A stretch of DNA of 64,000 nt from Sediminibacterium sp. (lineage in GTDB: Bacteria > Bacteroidota > Bacteroidia > Chitinophagales > Chitinophagaceae): NCBI GenBank assembly GCA_040403885.1, contig JBBAJX010000008.1, positions 13,169 through 77,168 of the forward strand, read 5' to 3'. Every line of letters begins with the position of its first letter. Position 1 is the stretch's first letter. The notes below the pieces were generated by a model that saw only the letters and a list, made by a program, of their open reading frames with translations, searched no databases and had not been told where the DNA came from. The position numbers and the translations under genes are program-made. This document shows, in pieces, positions 41,228-50,337 of the stretch.

Positions 41228-41578
41228 TTAGAATCTTTTTTCTTTGATACGAGCACTCTTACCGCTTCTCTCGCGTAAGTAATACAATTTAGCACGACGT
41301 ACTTTACCAGACTTGTTCAACAAAATACCATCGATATTTGGTGATAAGAAAGGGAATAAACGCTCTACGCCTACTCCATCAGAAATTTTACGCACTGTAA
41401 AAGAGGCAGTTGCGCCTGTTCCTTGTGTTTTAATTACATCACCACGGAAACTTTGAATACGCTCTTTACCACCCTCTACAATTTTGTAGTTTACGGTAAT
41501 ATTATCACCAGCTTTGAAGGCTGGATAGTCTTTTTTTGCGGTCAATTGCTCGTGTACAAATTTTACTGCTTCGCTCAT
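41228..41578 (-). CDS. rplS: 50S ribosomal protein L19
   Basis: [38 protein letters not shown]. Promoter box TACCTTTG at 41608-41601. Confidence 0.98.
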   Translation of the reverse strand: MSEAVKFVHEQLTAKKDYPAFKAGDNITVNYKIVEGGKERIQSFRGDVIKTQGTGATASFTVRKISDGVGVERLFPFLSPNIDGILLNKSGKVRRAKLYYLRERSGKSARIKEKRF

Positions 41579-41658
41579 AATACATTGTTTTTGCGGACGG
41601 CAAAGGTAGGAGAACCCACCTTATAATCCAAATTATTTGATCCAAAATTAATAATCGC

Positions 41659-43224
41659 CTATCTGGCAATGTTCACAGCCCTTTTCTCCCTTATAACGGT
41701 TACTTTAATCTGACCAGGGTAAGTCATCTCAGTTTGTATTTTTTGGGCTATTTCGAAGCTCAATTGATCAGAACTGGCATCCGTTACCTTTTCAGCCTCT
41801 ACAATAACTCTTAACTCACGGCCCGCTTGAATCGCATAGGCTTTTTCTACCCCTTGGTAGTTCATCGCTAAGTTTTCTAAGTCCTTGATTCTCTGAATAT
41901 ATTGTTGCATAATCTCTCTTCTTGCTCCTGGTCTAGCACCGCTAATAGCGTCACAAGCCTGGATAATTGGAGAAATCACATATTCCATTTCCATTTCATC
42001 ATGGTGGGCCCCAATGGCATTCACTACCGCAGGGTTTTCACCGTATTTTTCAGCTAGTTTTGCCCCTAATAAAGCGTGGCTTAATTCAGTTTCTTCGTCA
42101 GGCACTTTACCAATATCATGTAATAGACCTGCTCTTTTCGCTAGTTTTGGATTCAATCCTAATTCAGCCGCCATGATACCACATAAATTAGCGGTCTCAC
42201 GAGAGTGCATTAATAAGTTTTGACCATAAGAAGAACGGAATCTCATTTTACCAATAATACGAATCAACTCTTTATGTAATCCATGAATACCTAATTCAAT
42301 AACGGTACGCTCTCCAATTTCTGCAATTTGATCTTCTAATTGACGACGTGTTTTTTCTACCACTTCTTCAATACGGGCAGGATGTATACGACCATCTGTT
42401 ACTAAACGTTGCAAACTTAATCGTGCAATTTCACGACGAAGTGGATCAAATGAAGAAAGTAAAATGGCTTCTGGTGTATCATCTACAATTAAATCTACTC
42501 CTGTAGCTGCTTCAATGGCGCGAATATTACGACCTTCTCTTCCAATAATTTGACCTTTCATTTCATCCGACTCCAAATTAAATACAGTCACTGTATTTTC
42601 GATGGCTATTTCTGCAGCCGTTCTTTGAATAGACTGGATAATAATTTTTCTAGCTTCTTTATTAGCCTTCTGCTTCGCGTCTTCAATAATCTCTTGTTGT
42701 AAAACAAGGGCCTGTGTTTGCGCCTCGTGCTTTAAACTTTCAATTAATTGTTGCTTAGCATCTTCTGCACTAAGGTTAGCTATCTTTTCTAATCTACGGA
42801 TATGCTCTTCTTGGTTTTTCTCTAATTCAGAACGCTTAACATTAATTAAGTCAATCTCACGATTTAATTTTTCTTTAATCACATCATTGTCTTTGACTTG
42901 TTTGTCAATGGACGCTTCTTTTTGATTAATGGTAAGTTCTTTTTGCTTAATTCTATTTTCCGCCTCCCCTATTTTTTTATTTTTCTCCAATAAGTCACGA
43001 TCGTATTCGGACTTTAATTGCACGAAACGCTCCTTCGCTTCCAATTGCTTTTCTTTTTTAATTGTCTCCGCTCTTAATTCGGTTTCTTTTAAAATATTAG
43101 CAGCTTGTGCTTCGGCTTCTTCAACTTGTTTTTTGGTATTGCGGGCAAATACGAATTTGCCTACGAGTAAGCCTCCGAGTAAGGAAGCGCCTCCAATGAT
43201 GACGAATAATATGGTCTGGTCCAT
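41659..43224 (-). CDS. rny: Ribonuclease Y
   Basis: N-terminal TM anchor, coiled coil, KH domain [14 protein letters not shown] domain LLHDIGK...AHH. Confidence 0.97.
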   Translation of the reverse strand: MDQTILFVIIGGASLLGGLLVGKFVFARNTKKQVEEAEAQAANILKETELRAETIKKEKQLEAKERFVQLKSEYDRDLLEKNKKIGEAENRIKQKELTINQKEASIDKQVKDNDVIKEKLNREIDLINVKRSELEKNQEEHIRRLEKIANLSAEDAKQQLIESLKHEAQTQALVLQQEIIEDAKQKANKEARKIIIQSIQRTAAEIAIENTVTVFNLESDEMKGQIIGREGRNIRAIEAATGVDLIVDDTPEAILLSSFDPLRREIARLSLQRLVTDGRIHPARIEEVVEKTRRQLEDQIAEIGERTVIELGIHGLHKELIRIIGKMRFRSSYGQNLLMHSRETANLCGIMAAELGLNPKLAKRAGLLHDIGKVPDEETELSHALLGAKLAEKYGENPAVVNAIGAHHDEMEMEYVISPIIQACDAISGARPGARREIMQQYIQRIKDLENLAMNYQGVEKAYAIQAGRELRVIVEAEKVTDASSDQLSFEIAQKIQTEMTYPGQIKVTVIREKRAVNIAR

Positions 43225-43251
43225 TGTTTAAATCTTGTTGTTTGTAAATAA

Positions 43252-43425
43252 TGCATACTCCCCTTTTTCGTTGTTAATGAGGTTAAGACTTCATGGTGAG
43301 TGAGGTTAAAACATTAATCCTATATTATTTATAAATCATTGATAGTCACCTATAGCAAGCTTCATTTCTTCTTTAACTCTAGGATGACGTATTTAAATTA
43401 TTCATAATGCGTCAAAGGTTCCGCT
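43252..43425 (-). ncRNA. ssrS: Probable 6S RNA (ends approximate)
   Basis: About 175 nt with no ORF between zapA and rny (known ssrS synteny). Own -7-like box TATCTTCG (43434-43427). Ends pair by eye: CCTTT/AAAGG, GAGTTAAAGA/TCTTAACCTC, ATG/CAT, GGT/ACC. Confidence 0.7.
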
Positions 43426-43480
43426 ACGAAGATAATCAAATAATGGAAAGAATGGAGTCGAAGCAGGCAAATTATGTGGC

Positions 43481-43798
43481 CTACAGCACCTTTTCAATAG
43501 AATTAGCGAGCGCATCAATCTGATTTTGAATATCTTCTAGCTCATATAGGTTCTGGCCTGTCTGCTGCTGCTCGGTGGTGAACCAAAGTAAAACCATGGA
43601 AATATAGTCCTGCATATCCTTGCCCGCATAGGCATTTTTAAACTCCACTATTTTCTGGTTAATAAGGGCTGCTGTTTTACGGACCGCTTCCTCGTCCTTG
43701 GCAGCTAGCTTTATACGGTAGGACCTATCAGCAATGGTAATATTAACAGGAATTAAAAAGTCTTCTTGGTTGTCTGAGATGGCTTGGTTGTCTGACAT
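43481..43798 (-). CDS. zapA: Cell division protein ZapA
   Basis: VNITIADRSYRI, EEAVRKTAALIN...KDMQDYISMVLL. Confidence 0.9.
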   Translation of the reverse strand: MSDNQAISDNQEDFLIPVNITIADRSYRIKLAAKDEEAVRKTAALINQKIVEFKNAYAGKDMQDYISMVLLWFTTEQQQTGQNLYELEDIQNQIDALANSIEKVL

Positions 43799-43801
43799 AA
43801 A

Positions 43802-44089
43802 TTAAGGGTTCAAATTTTTAATGGCAGTATCTATTTCTTTAATATAATGATCTACTTTTTTCATAAGGGCAGCCTTGTCAGTGGGTTGCATGCCTGCTGT
43901 ATTCACCATGGCAGCGGCTATTTTAGACCTAGCTTCTTGCACTTCGTCCATTAATTCCTTTACATGGTTTTGCTCTTTATTAAGACTTGCCTTTAACTGC
44001 ATATTTTCTTTTTCTATCAAAGCAGTTCGCTTTAATAAGAGTTGCAGTTTGTCTTGTAAATTAGTTAATGAAGTAGCAATATCCACCAT
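43802..44089 (-). CDS. ZapB-like coiled-coil protein
   Basis: Heptad pattern, KVDHYIKEIDTAI; lies between pheT and zapA. Confidence 0.75.
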   Translation of the reverse strand: MVDIATSLTNLQDKLQLLLKRTALIEKENMQLKASLNKEQNHVKELMDEVQEARSKIAAAMVNTAGMQPTDKAALMKKVDHYIKEIDTAIKNLNP

Positions 44090-44116
44090 ACTTGTATTTT
44101 GATTTACTGAAAATAA

Positions 44117-46525
44117 TTATTTTCTAATTTCTGCTAGCAGGTTTTTTTCAAAAGTCTGAACCAATTTTTTCATCATGGTATCTATCTCCACATCGGTCAA
44201 TGTTTTATCATTTGCATTAAAAACAAAATTTATAGCCACCGATTTTTTCTGATCTCCCAATTTTTCACTTTCAAAAATATCAAAAACACTGGTTTGTTGA
44301 AGTGCTGCTAATTTAACGGATGCAATACTTTGTTCAATAGCTGCATAGGCTGTATCACTTGGAAGCACTAGTGCAATGTCGCGCTCCACTGAAGGATATT
44401 TAGAAACCTCCTGATAAACTACTTGTTGGCTTTGATACAGTGCAAGTAAATTGGCTAAATCGAATTGAATATATAATACCGATTGCTTAATGCCAAATGC
44501 TTGTAGTTTTTTTGTACCTATTACTTCAACACTACAAACTGTTTTTTTATCAATAATATAATTGACTTGTCCTGGGTCTGCGCTTTTCCACTGTCCATGG
44601 GGAAGTCCTAATAGTTTAAAAAGTGCAGTGGCCATTCCTTTGGCTACAAAAAAATCGGCAGGTAAGGCCTTGGTTCTCCAACCTTCTGCATTTTGCTTTC
44701 CTGAAATATAAATAGCCAATTGCTCCGACTCATAATATTTACCATTACCCGATTTTCCATATACTTTTCCCATTTCAAAAAAGGAAATAGCCGTATTTTT
44801 TCTGTTTATATTATAAGCAATGGTTTCAAGTCCTGTCTCTAACATAGAGGGACGCATCAGATCTAATTCTGCTGTTAAATTATTCAACATTTTGACAGAA
44901 CGCGCAATGACTTCTTCGGAAAAATAAGCACTGTTGGTAATAGAGTTAGTTAAGATTTCAGTAAAGCCACGACCTACTAAATATTGTGCAATTTTATCTT
45001 TGAACTTTTCTTTTTTCTCTAGTGGGTCAATAGCAGGACTCATGGTAATCACAGTAGGAATTGCAATATTATCTAGGCCATCAATTCTTAATACTTCTTC
45101 CACAATGTCGGCAGCAATACTAATATCTGGCTTATGATAAGGTACGGCTAATTCCAAACCTTCTGCTGTTTGATTTAAAATTTCAAAACCTAAACTACTA
45201 AGAATGGTTTTTACTTTATCTGTTGGATATAGTTTACCGCTTAACTTTTTTAAATAAGCAAAGGAAATATTCACCTTGGTTTTAGGGGCTGGTGCAGGAT
45301 ACACGTCAATCACTTCACTACATTTTCCACCGGCTAATTCTTGTATTAATTGAGCCGCATGTTCTAAGGCATGCACGGTGCCGTCAATAGCCACGCCCTT
45401 TTCAAAACGAGTAGCTGCATCGGTTCTTAAACCATGGTGCACCGATGTTTTTCTGATATGTACATTTTCAAATAAGGCACTTTCTAAAAATAAATTCGTG
45501 GTACTAGCTTTTACGCCACTTGTAAGTCCACCAAATACACCTGCAATACATAGAGGTTTCTGCGTATCGCTAATCATTAGATCATTGGCTGTTAATGTTC
45601 TCTCTACACCATCAAGTGTAGTAAACTTAGTGCCTGCTGGATATTTTTTTACTAGAATAGTTTTATCCTTAATTTCATTAGCATCAAAAGCATGCAGTGG
45701 CTGTCCTGTTTCATGCAAAATATAATTCGTAATGTCTACAATATTATTAATGCTACGAACACCAATAGCTTGTAATTTATTTTTTAACCAAGTAGGTGAG
45801 TCTTTCACCTTAACTCCTTCTATTACTAGGCTACTATATCTTTTACAACCTGCTGTATCTTCAATGCTTACTTTAAAAGGCGTTACTGATTTATCTTTGC
45901 TTGCCTGCTTTTTAAATGGGCTAATAGCCGAAACCGGCGATTCATGATAAGATAAATAAGCACAAACATCCTTGGCTACACCATAATGACTCATGGCATC
46001 CATTCTATTGGGCGTAAGGCCAATTTCATAAATCCAATCTTCATAAGATGCATAAATAGTTGAAACTAGGGTACCTGCTTTTAAACTTTCATCTAAAACT
46101 ATAATGCCTCCATGGTCATCGCTTAAACCAATTTCATCTTCTGCACAAATCATACCTTCACTTTGCTCTCCTCTAATTTTAGCAAGCTTCATGGTAATAG
46201 GTTCTCCGCCTTTTGGATATATAGTAGTTCCAATGGTGGCCACTACTACTTTTTGTCCTTGGGCTACATTGCTTGCGCCACATACAATATTTAAGGGTTG
46301 GTCCTTTCCAATATTTACCTTGGTTAAATTTAATTTATCTGCATCCGGATGCTTTACCACTTCTAAAACCTCGCCTACCACCAAACCAGCAAGGCCTCCT
46401 TTGAAATTTTCATATTTTTCTAATGACTCCACCTCAAGCCCAATAGAAGTTAAAATAAGGGATAACTTTTCAGGGCTCACCGTATGCGGTAAATATTCAC
46501 TCAGCCAGCGATAACTAATCGTCAT
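44117..46525 (-). CDS. pheT: Phenylalanine--tRNA ligase beta subunit
   Basis: MTISYRWL, HPDADKL, LTPNRMDAMSH, RTDAATRFEKG, KYPSVERDIA. Confidence 0.97.
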   Translation of the reverse strand: MTISYRWLSEYLPHTVSPEKLSLILTSIGLEVESLEKYENFKGGLAGLVVGEVLEVVKHPDADKLNLTKVNIGKDQPLNIVCGASNVAQGQKVVVATIGTTIYPKGGEPITMKLAKIRGEQSEGMICAEDEIGLSDDHGGIIVLDESLKAGTLVSTIYASYEDWIYEIGLTPNRMDAMSHYGVAKDVCAYLSYHESPVSAISPFKKQASKDKSVTPFKVSIEDTAGCKRYSSLVIEGVKVKDSPTWLKNKLQAIGVRSINNIVDITNYILHETGQPLHAFDANEIKDKTILVKKYPAGTKFTTLDGVERTLTANDLMISDTQKPLCIAGVFGGLTSGVKASTTNLFLESALFENVHIRKTSVHHGLRTDAATRFEKGVAIDGTVHALEHAAQLIQELAGGKCSEVIDVYPAPAPKTKVNISFAYLKKLSGKLYPTDKVKTILSSLGFEILNQTAEGLELAVPYHKPDISIAADIVEEVLRIDGLDNIAIPTVITMSPAIDPLEKKEKFKDKIAQYLVGRGFTEILTNSITNSAYFSEEVIARSVKMLNNLTAELDLMRPSMLETGLETIAYNINRKNTAISFFEMGKVYGKSGNGKYYESEQLAIYISGKQNAEGWRTKALPADFFVAKGMATALFKLLGLPHGQWKSADPGQVNYIIDKKTVCSVEVIGTKKLQAFGIKQSVLYIQFDLANLLALYQSQQVVYQEVSKYPSVERDIALVLPSDTAYAAIEQSIASVKLAALQQTSVFDIFESEKLGDQKKSVAINFVFNANDKTLTDVEIDTMMKKLVQTFEKNLLAEIRK

Positions 46526-46747
46526 AGAACAACTTTATGGTATAGCTTCAAAAATACTAATTTTTAAGTGCTTTTAGTTAAAAACTAGGTGCAAAACCCG
46601 TTAATAACCCCCTTTTTTTGTGGATTTCAGATGGAGAAGACCTGTGTACAACCCTATTGCAAAACTAAATTTCTTGAAGTCCCAATTTGGTTTGATTTTC
46701 GCAGTAAGAAAATTTGCATCTCACCGCTAAACAATTGATCAATCACT

Positions 46748-48316
46748 ATGGCTATTCCTAGTATAAATACAAACAGAACAAAGAAAAAAAATAGCAATAT
46801 AGATATTAGTTCTATGATGTACGGAAAGATTCCACCACAAGCAAGAGAATTAGAAGAAGCAGTGCTAGGTGCGATACTCTTGGACAAAAGTGCATTCGAT
46901 ACTATTAGTGAAATATTAAAGCCAGAATGTTTTTATGTAGAAGCGCATCAACTTATTTTTAGCGCTATGCAGGGCTTGCAACAAAAGAACATGCCTATTG
47001 ACATGTTGACCATGGTGGAAGAATTAAAAATGCGCGAGCAGTTAGATATTATCGGTGGCGCCTACTATGTTTCTAAATTAACCAATGTCGTTGTTTCTAC
47101 TGCGAACATTGAAGCACATGGAAGAATTGTTTTACAAAAATTTATTCAAAGAGAATTAATAAGAATAAGTGGCGAAGTGATTGCGAACGCTTATGAAGAC
47201 AGCACCGATGTTTTTGATTTACTAGATGATAGCGAAACAAAAATGTTTAATATCACCAATAACTATTTGAAGAAAAACTTCGTGGATATTGGAGACGCCT
47301 TAGCACATGCTGTAACACGTATCGATCAATTAAGAACTAAGAAAGACGAGATATCGGGTGTGCCTAGCGGATTCACCGCACTTGATAGAATTACTTATGG
47401 ATGGCAACCAACGGATTTAATTATTTTAGCAGCCCGTCCTTCTGTGGGTAAAACCGCTTTTGCCTTAAACCTAGCACGTAATGCGGCACTGCATCCTACT
47501 AAACCGCAGGCGGTTGGATTTTTTAGTTTAGAGATGAGTGCAAGTCAATTAGTGCAACGTATCTTGAGTGCGGAGAGTGAAATTAAAATGGAAAAAATTT
47601 CAAGAGGTAAATTAGAAGAATACGAATACCAACAATTACATAGCAAGGGTATTAAAAAATTAGAACAAGCCCCTATTTATATTGACGATACAGCGGCATT
47701 AAATATTTTTGAATTTAGAGCAAAGGCAAGAAGACTGGTAAATAAACACCAAGTTAAAATGATCATCATTGACTACTTACAATTAATGAGTGGCTCGGGT
47801 GATAGAAACTCCAATCGGGAACAAGAAATTAGTAATATCTCAAGAAGTTTAAAAGCCTTAGCGAAGGAATTAAATATTCCTATTATTGCACTTTCTCAAT
47901 TAAGTCGTGCGGTAGAAACTAGAAAAGAAAGTAAGATGCCTCAGTTGAGTGATTTACGTGAATCGGGTGCGATTGAGCAAGATGCGGATATGGTTATGTT
48001 TATTTATCGTCCTGAATATTATGAAGTAATGAGTAATGAGATGGGAGAAAGTACACAGGGGGAAACACATATTAGAATTGCGAAGCATAGAAATGGTCGA
48101 TTAGATTTAATTAAACTAAGGGCTAATTTAGATATTCAAAGATTTGAAGAATGGGAAGGCGATGCGGGCATTCCGGGACTTGCTAGTAACTATAAACCTT
48201 TACAACCCAGCTTAAATAGTGGTGGGGCTCCTGATGGTGGCAAGTTTTTTATTCAAGGAAGTAAAATGAATGAGGGAGAATTTGATGAAGGCATTAATGA
48301 CGACCAACCGTTTTAA
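46748..48316 (+). CDS. dnaB: Replicative DNA helicase
   Basis: PPQARELEEAVLG, AARPSVGKT, IDYLQL, SQLSR, DLRESGAIEQDAD, AKHRNG. Confidence 0.98.
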   Translation: MAIPSINTNRTKKKNSNIDISSMMYGKIPPQARELEEAVLGAILLDKSAFDTISEILKPECFYVEAHQLIFSAMQGLQQKNMPIDMLTMVEELKMREQLDIIGGAYYVSKLTNVVVSTANIEAHGRIVLQKFIQRELIRISGEVIANAYEDSTDVFDLLDDSETKMFNITNNYLKKNFVDIGDALAHAVTRIDQLRTKKDEISGVPSGFTALDRITYGWQPTDLIILAARPSVGKTAFALNLARNAALHPTKPQAVGFFSLEMSASQLVQRILSAESEIKMEKISRGKLEEYEYQQLHSKGIKKLEQAPIYIDDTAALNIFEFRAKARRLVNKHQVKMIIIDYLQLMSGSGDRNSNREQEISNISRSLKALAKELNIPIIALSQLSRAVETRKESKMPQLSDLRESGAIEQDADMVMFIYRPEYYEVMSNEMGESTQGETHIRIAKHRNGRLDLIKLRANLDIQRFEEWEGDAGIPGLASNYKPLQPSLNSGGAPDGGKFFIQGSKMNEGEFDEGINDDQPF

Positions 48317-48329
48317 ATAAGTCGAAGCT

Positions 48330-49031
48330 ATGTCGATACCTTATTTTTACGAGCCTAGTATTGTAGCGGGTCAAACTAGTTTTACCTTAAACGAAATAAG
48401 CAGCAAGCATTGCGTTCAAGTACTTAGAATGCAAGAAAATCAAAGAGTAGATATTACCAATGGCGTTGGCTATTTATTTGAAGCCATTATTGTAAGTGCT
48501 CATAAAAAAAATACTATTGTTCAAATACAATCAGAAAAATTTATTGCAGCGACATCACAAAAAATTACTTTAGGCATTGGCCTACTAAAAAATCTTACAA
48601 GATTAGAATGGCTTTTAGAAAAAGCAACGGAGATGGGCGTATATGAAATTATGCCGCTTTTATGCGAGCATACCTTATTTGAAAAATTTAAGTTGGAAAG
48701 GTTTCAAAATATTTTGCAATCGGCCATGATACAAAGTAGGCAGGTTTGGCTTCCTTTATTAGGAACGCCTGTTAAATTTAAAGAAGCTATTCAAAATCAA
48801 AAACAAACACAGAAATTAATAGCGCACTGCGAAGCCAGCGATAAATTAGATATTAAAAAAATAGAGGCCTCCACAGACTGTCTATTATTAATTGGTCCTG
48901 AGGGCGATTTTTCTACTGCCGAAATTGAATTAGCCCTTGCAAATAATTACCAAGCCATTCATTTGGGACCTACCAGGCTTAGAACAGAAACCGCTGCCTT
49001 ATTTGCACTAAGTGTCTTAAAAAAATTCTAA
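48330..49031 (+). CDS. rsmE: 16S rRNA m3U1498 methyltransferase
   Basis: HCVQVLRM, EKATEMGV, IGPEGDFS, LGPTRLRTETA. Confidence 0.95.
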   Translation: MSIPYFYEPSIVAGQTSFTLNEISSKHCVQVLRMQENQRVDITNGVGYLFEAIIVSAHKKNTIVQIQSEKFIAATSQKITLGIGLLKNLTRLEWLLEKATEMGVYEIMPLLCEHTLFEKFKLERFQNILQSAMIQSRQVWLPLLGTPVKFKEAIQNQKQTQKLIAHCEASDKLDIKKIEASTDCLLLIGPEGDFSTAEIELALANNYQAIHLGPTRLRTETAALFALSVLKKF

Positions 49032-49040
49032 TTTCAATAA

Positions 49041-50234
49041 ATGAATATGGCTGCAAGCATTATTGAAGTAAATACCCCCTTATTAGAAAAACAATTTCTA
49101 CTTATTAATGCTTCTTTGAATAAAAGCAACCCAAATTATATACGCCCTTTGGATAATGAAGTAAGCCAAGTATTTGATCGAAGCCTCAATAAATTATTTC
49201 AACAAGGTGATGCTAAAAGATGGATCGCTCATAATGAAGAGGGTATTTGCATTGGACGCATTGCAGCTTTTTATTACGAGAGCTATAAAAATAAAGGCAC
49301 TGAATTTCCTGTGGGTTGTATTGGTTTTTTTGATTGCATTAATGAAAAAGCTACCGCTAATTTACTTTTTTCAACCGCCCAAGCATGGCTGAGTGATAGT
49401 GGTATGGAAGCTATGGATGGCCCTATTAATTTTGGAGACAGAGATAAATGGTGGGGACTGATGGTGAAAGGATTTGAAACAGAACCTATGTATGGCATGT
49501 CTTTCAATCCAAGCTATTACGAGTCGCTTATAACGAATTATGGTTTTCAGAATTACTATAACCAATATTATTATCAAAAAGATTTACGCGAACCCCTTCC
49601 TCCAAGATTTGAAGAGCGTTACAATAAGTTTAAAGCCAAGCCCGATTATTCTGCCTTGCATTTGGATAAAAATAATTTAGAAAAATTTGCCAAGGACTTT
49701 GTACATATTTATAATAGCGCTTGGGCGCAGCATGGAGAAGAAAAAGCCATTACCCTAGAACAAATATTAAAACTATTTAAAACTTTGAAAGCCGTAATGG
49801 ATGAAAGGGCTATTTGGTTTGCCTATTATAAGCAGGAGCCCATTGCTATGTTTATTAATATTCCAGATGTGAATCAATACTTTAAATATTTTAATGGGAA
49901 GTTGGGGCTATTTCAAAAACTACATTTGCTTTGGATGAAATGTAGAGGAAACAATAATAAATTAACAGGTTTAGCTTTTGGAGTAGTACCTAAATACCAA
50001 GCCTTGGGCATAGATAGTTATTTAATTAACTGCTGCTATAAAATGCTCGATAAAATAAAACTATATAGCGGCTATGAAATGGGCTGGGCTGCGGACTGGA
50101 ATCCTAAAATGGTGAATATTTATAAAAGCTTAGACGCTCAACCTAGCAGACAGATGGTCACTTTCAGGCATATTTTTAAACCAAGCGTTCATACTTTTGA
50201 AAGGCACCCTCCCATGGATTATACTTCAAAATAA
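49041..50234 (+). CDS. Tandem-GNAT acyltransferase of the YghO/bCerS-like family
   Basis: GRIAAF, GFFDCIN, GMEAMDGPINF, FNPSYY, GVVPKYQALG. Family assigned from recalled motifs, not from a search. Confidence 0.7.
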   Translation: MNMAASIIEVNTPLLEKQFLLINASLNKSNPNYIRPLDNEVSQVFDRSLNKLFQQGDAKRWIAHNEEGICIGRIAAFYYESYKNKGTEFPVGCIGFFDCINEKATANLLFSTAQAWLSDSGMEAMDGPINFGDRDKWWGLMVKGFETEPMYGMSFNPSYYESLITNYGFQNYYNQYYYQKDLREPLPPRFEERYNKFKAKPDYSALHLDKNNLEKFAKDFVHIYNSAWAQHGEEKAITLEQILKLFKTLKAVMDERAIWFAYYKQEPIAMFINIPDVNQYFKYFNGKLGLFQKLHLLWMKCRGNNNKLTGLAFGVVPKYQALGIDSYLINCCYKMLDKIKLYSGYEMGWAADWNPKMVNIYKSLDAQPSRQMVTFRHIFKPSVHTFERHPPMDYTSK

Positions 50235-50337
50235 AGGGCGAAAATAAGGGCCTAAAAGGGGCTTTAACAATTAGGGGATAAGATTTATTTCCCCGGTGAA
50301 TACTTTTGATTTTGAATGTGTATATTGCGCGTCAACT

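Noticed and set aside
46526-46747. pheT-dnaB intergenic region as oriC or a structured ncRNA
   Set aside because: Only two degenerate boxes, no clear unwinding element, no convincing stable fold.
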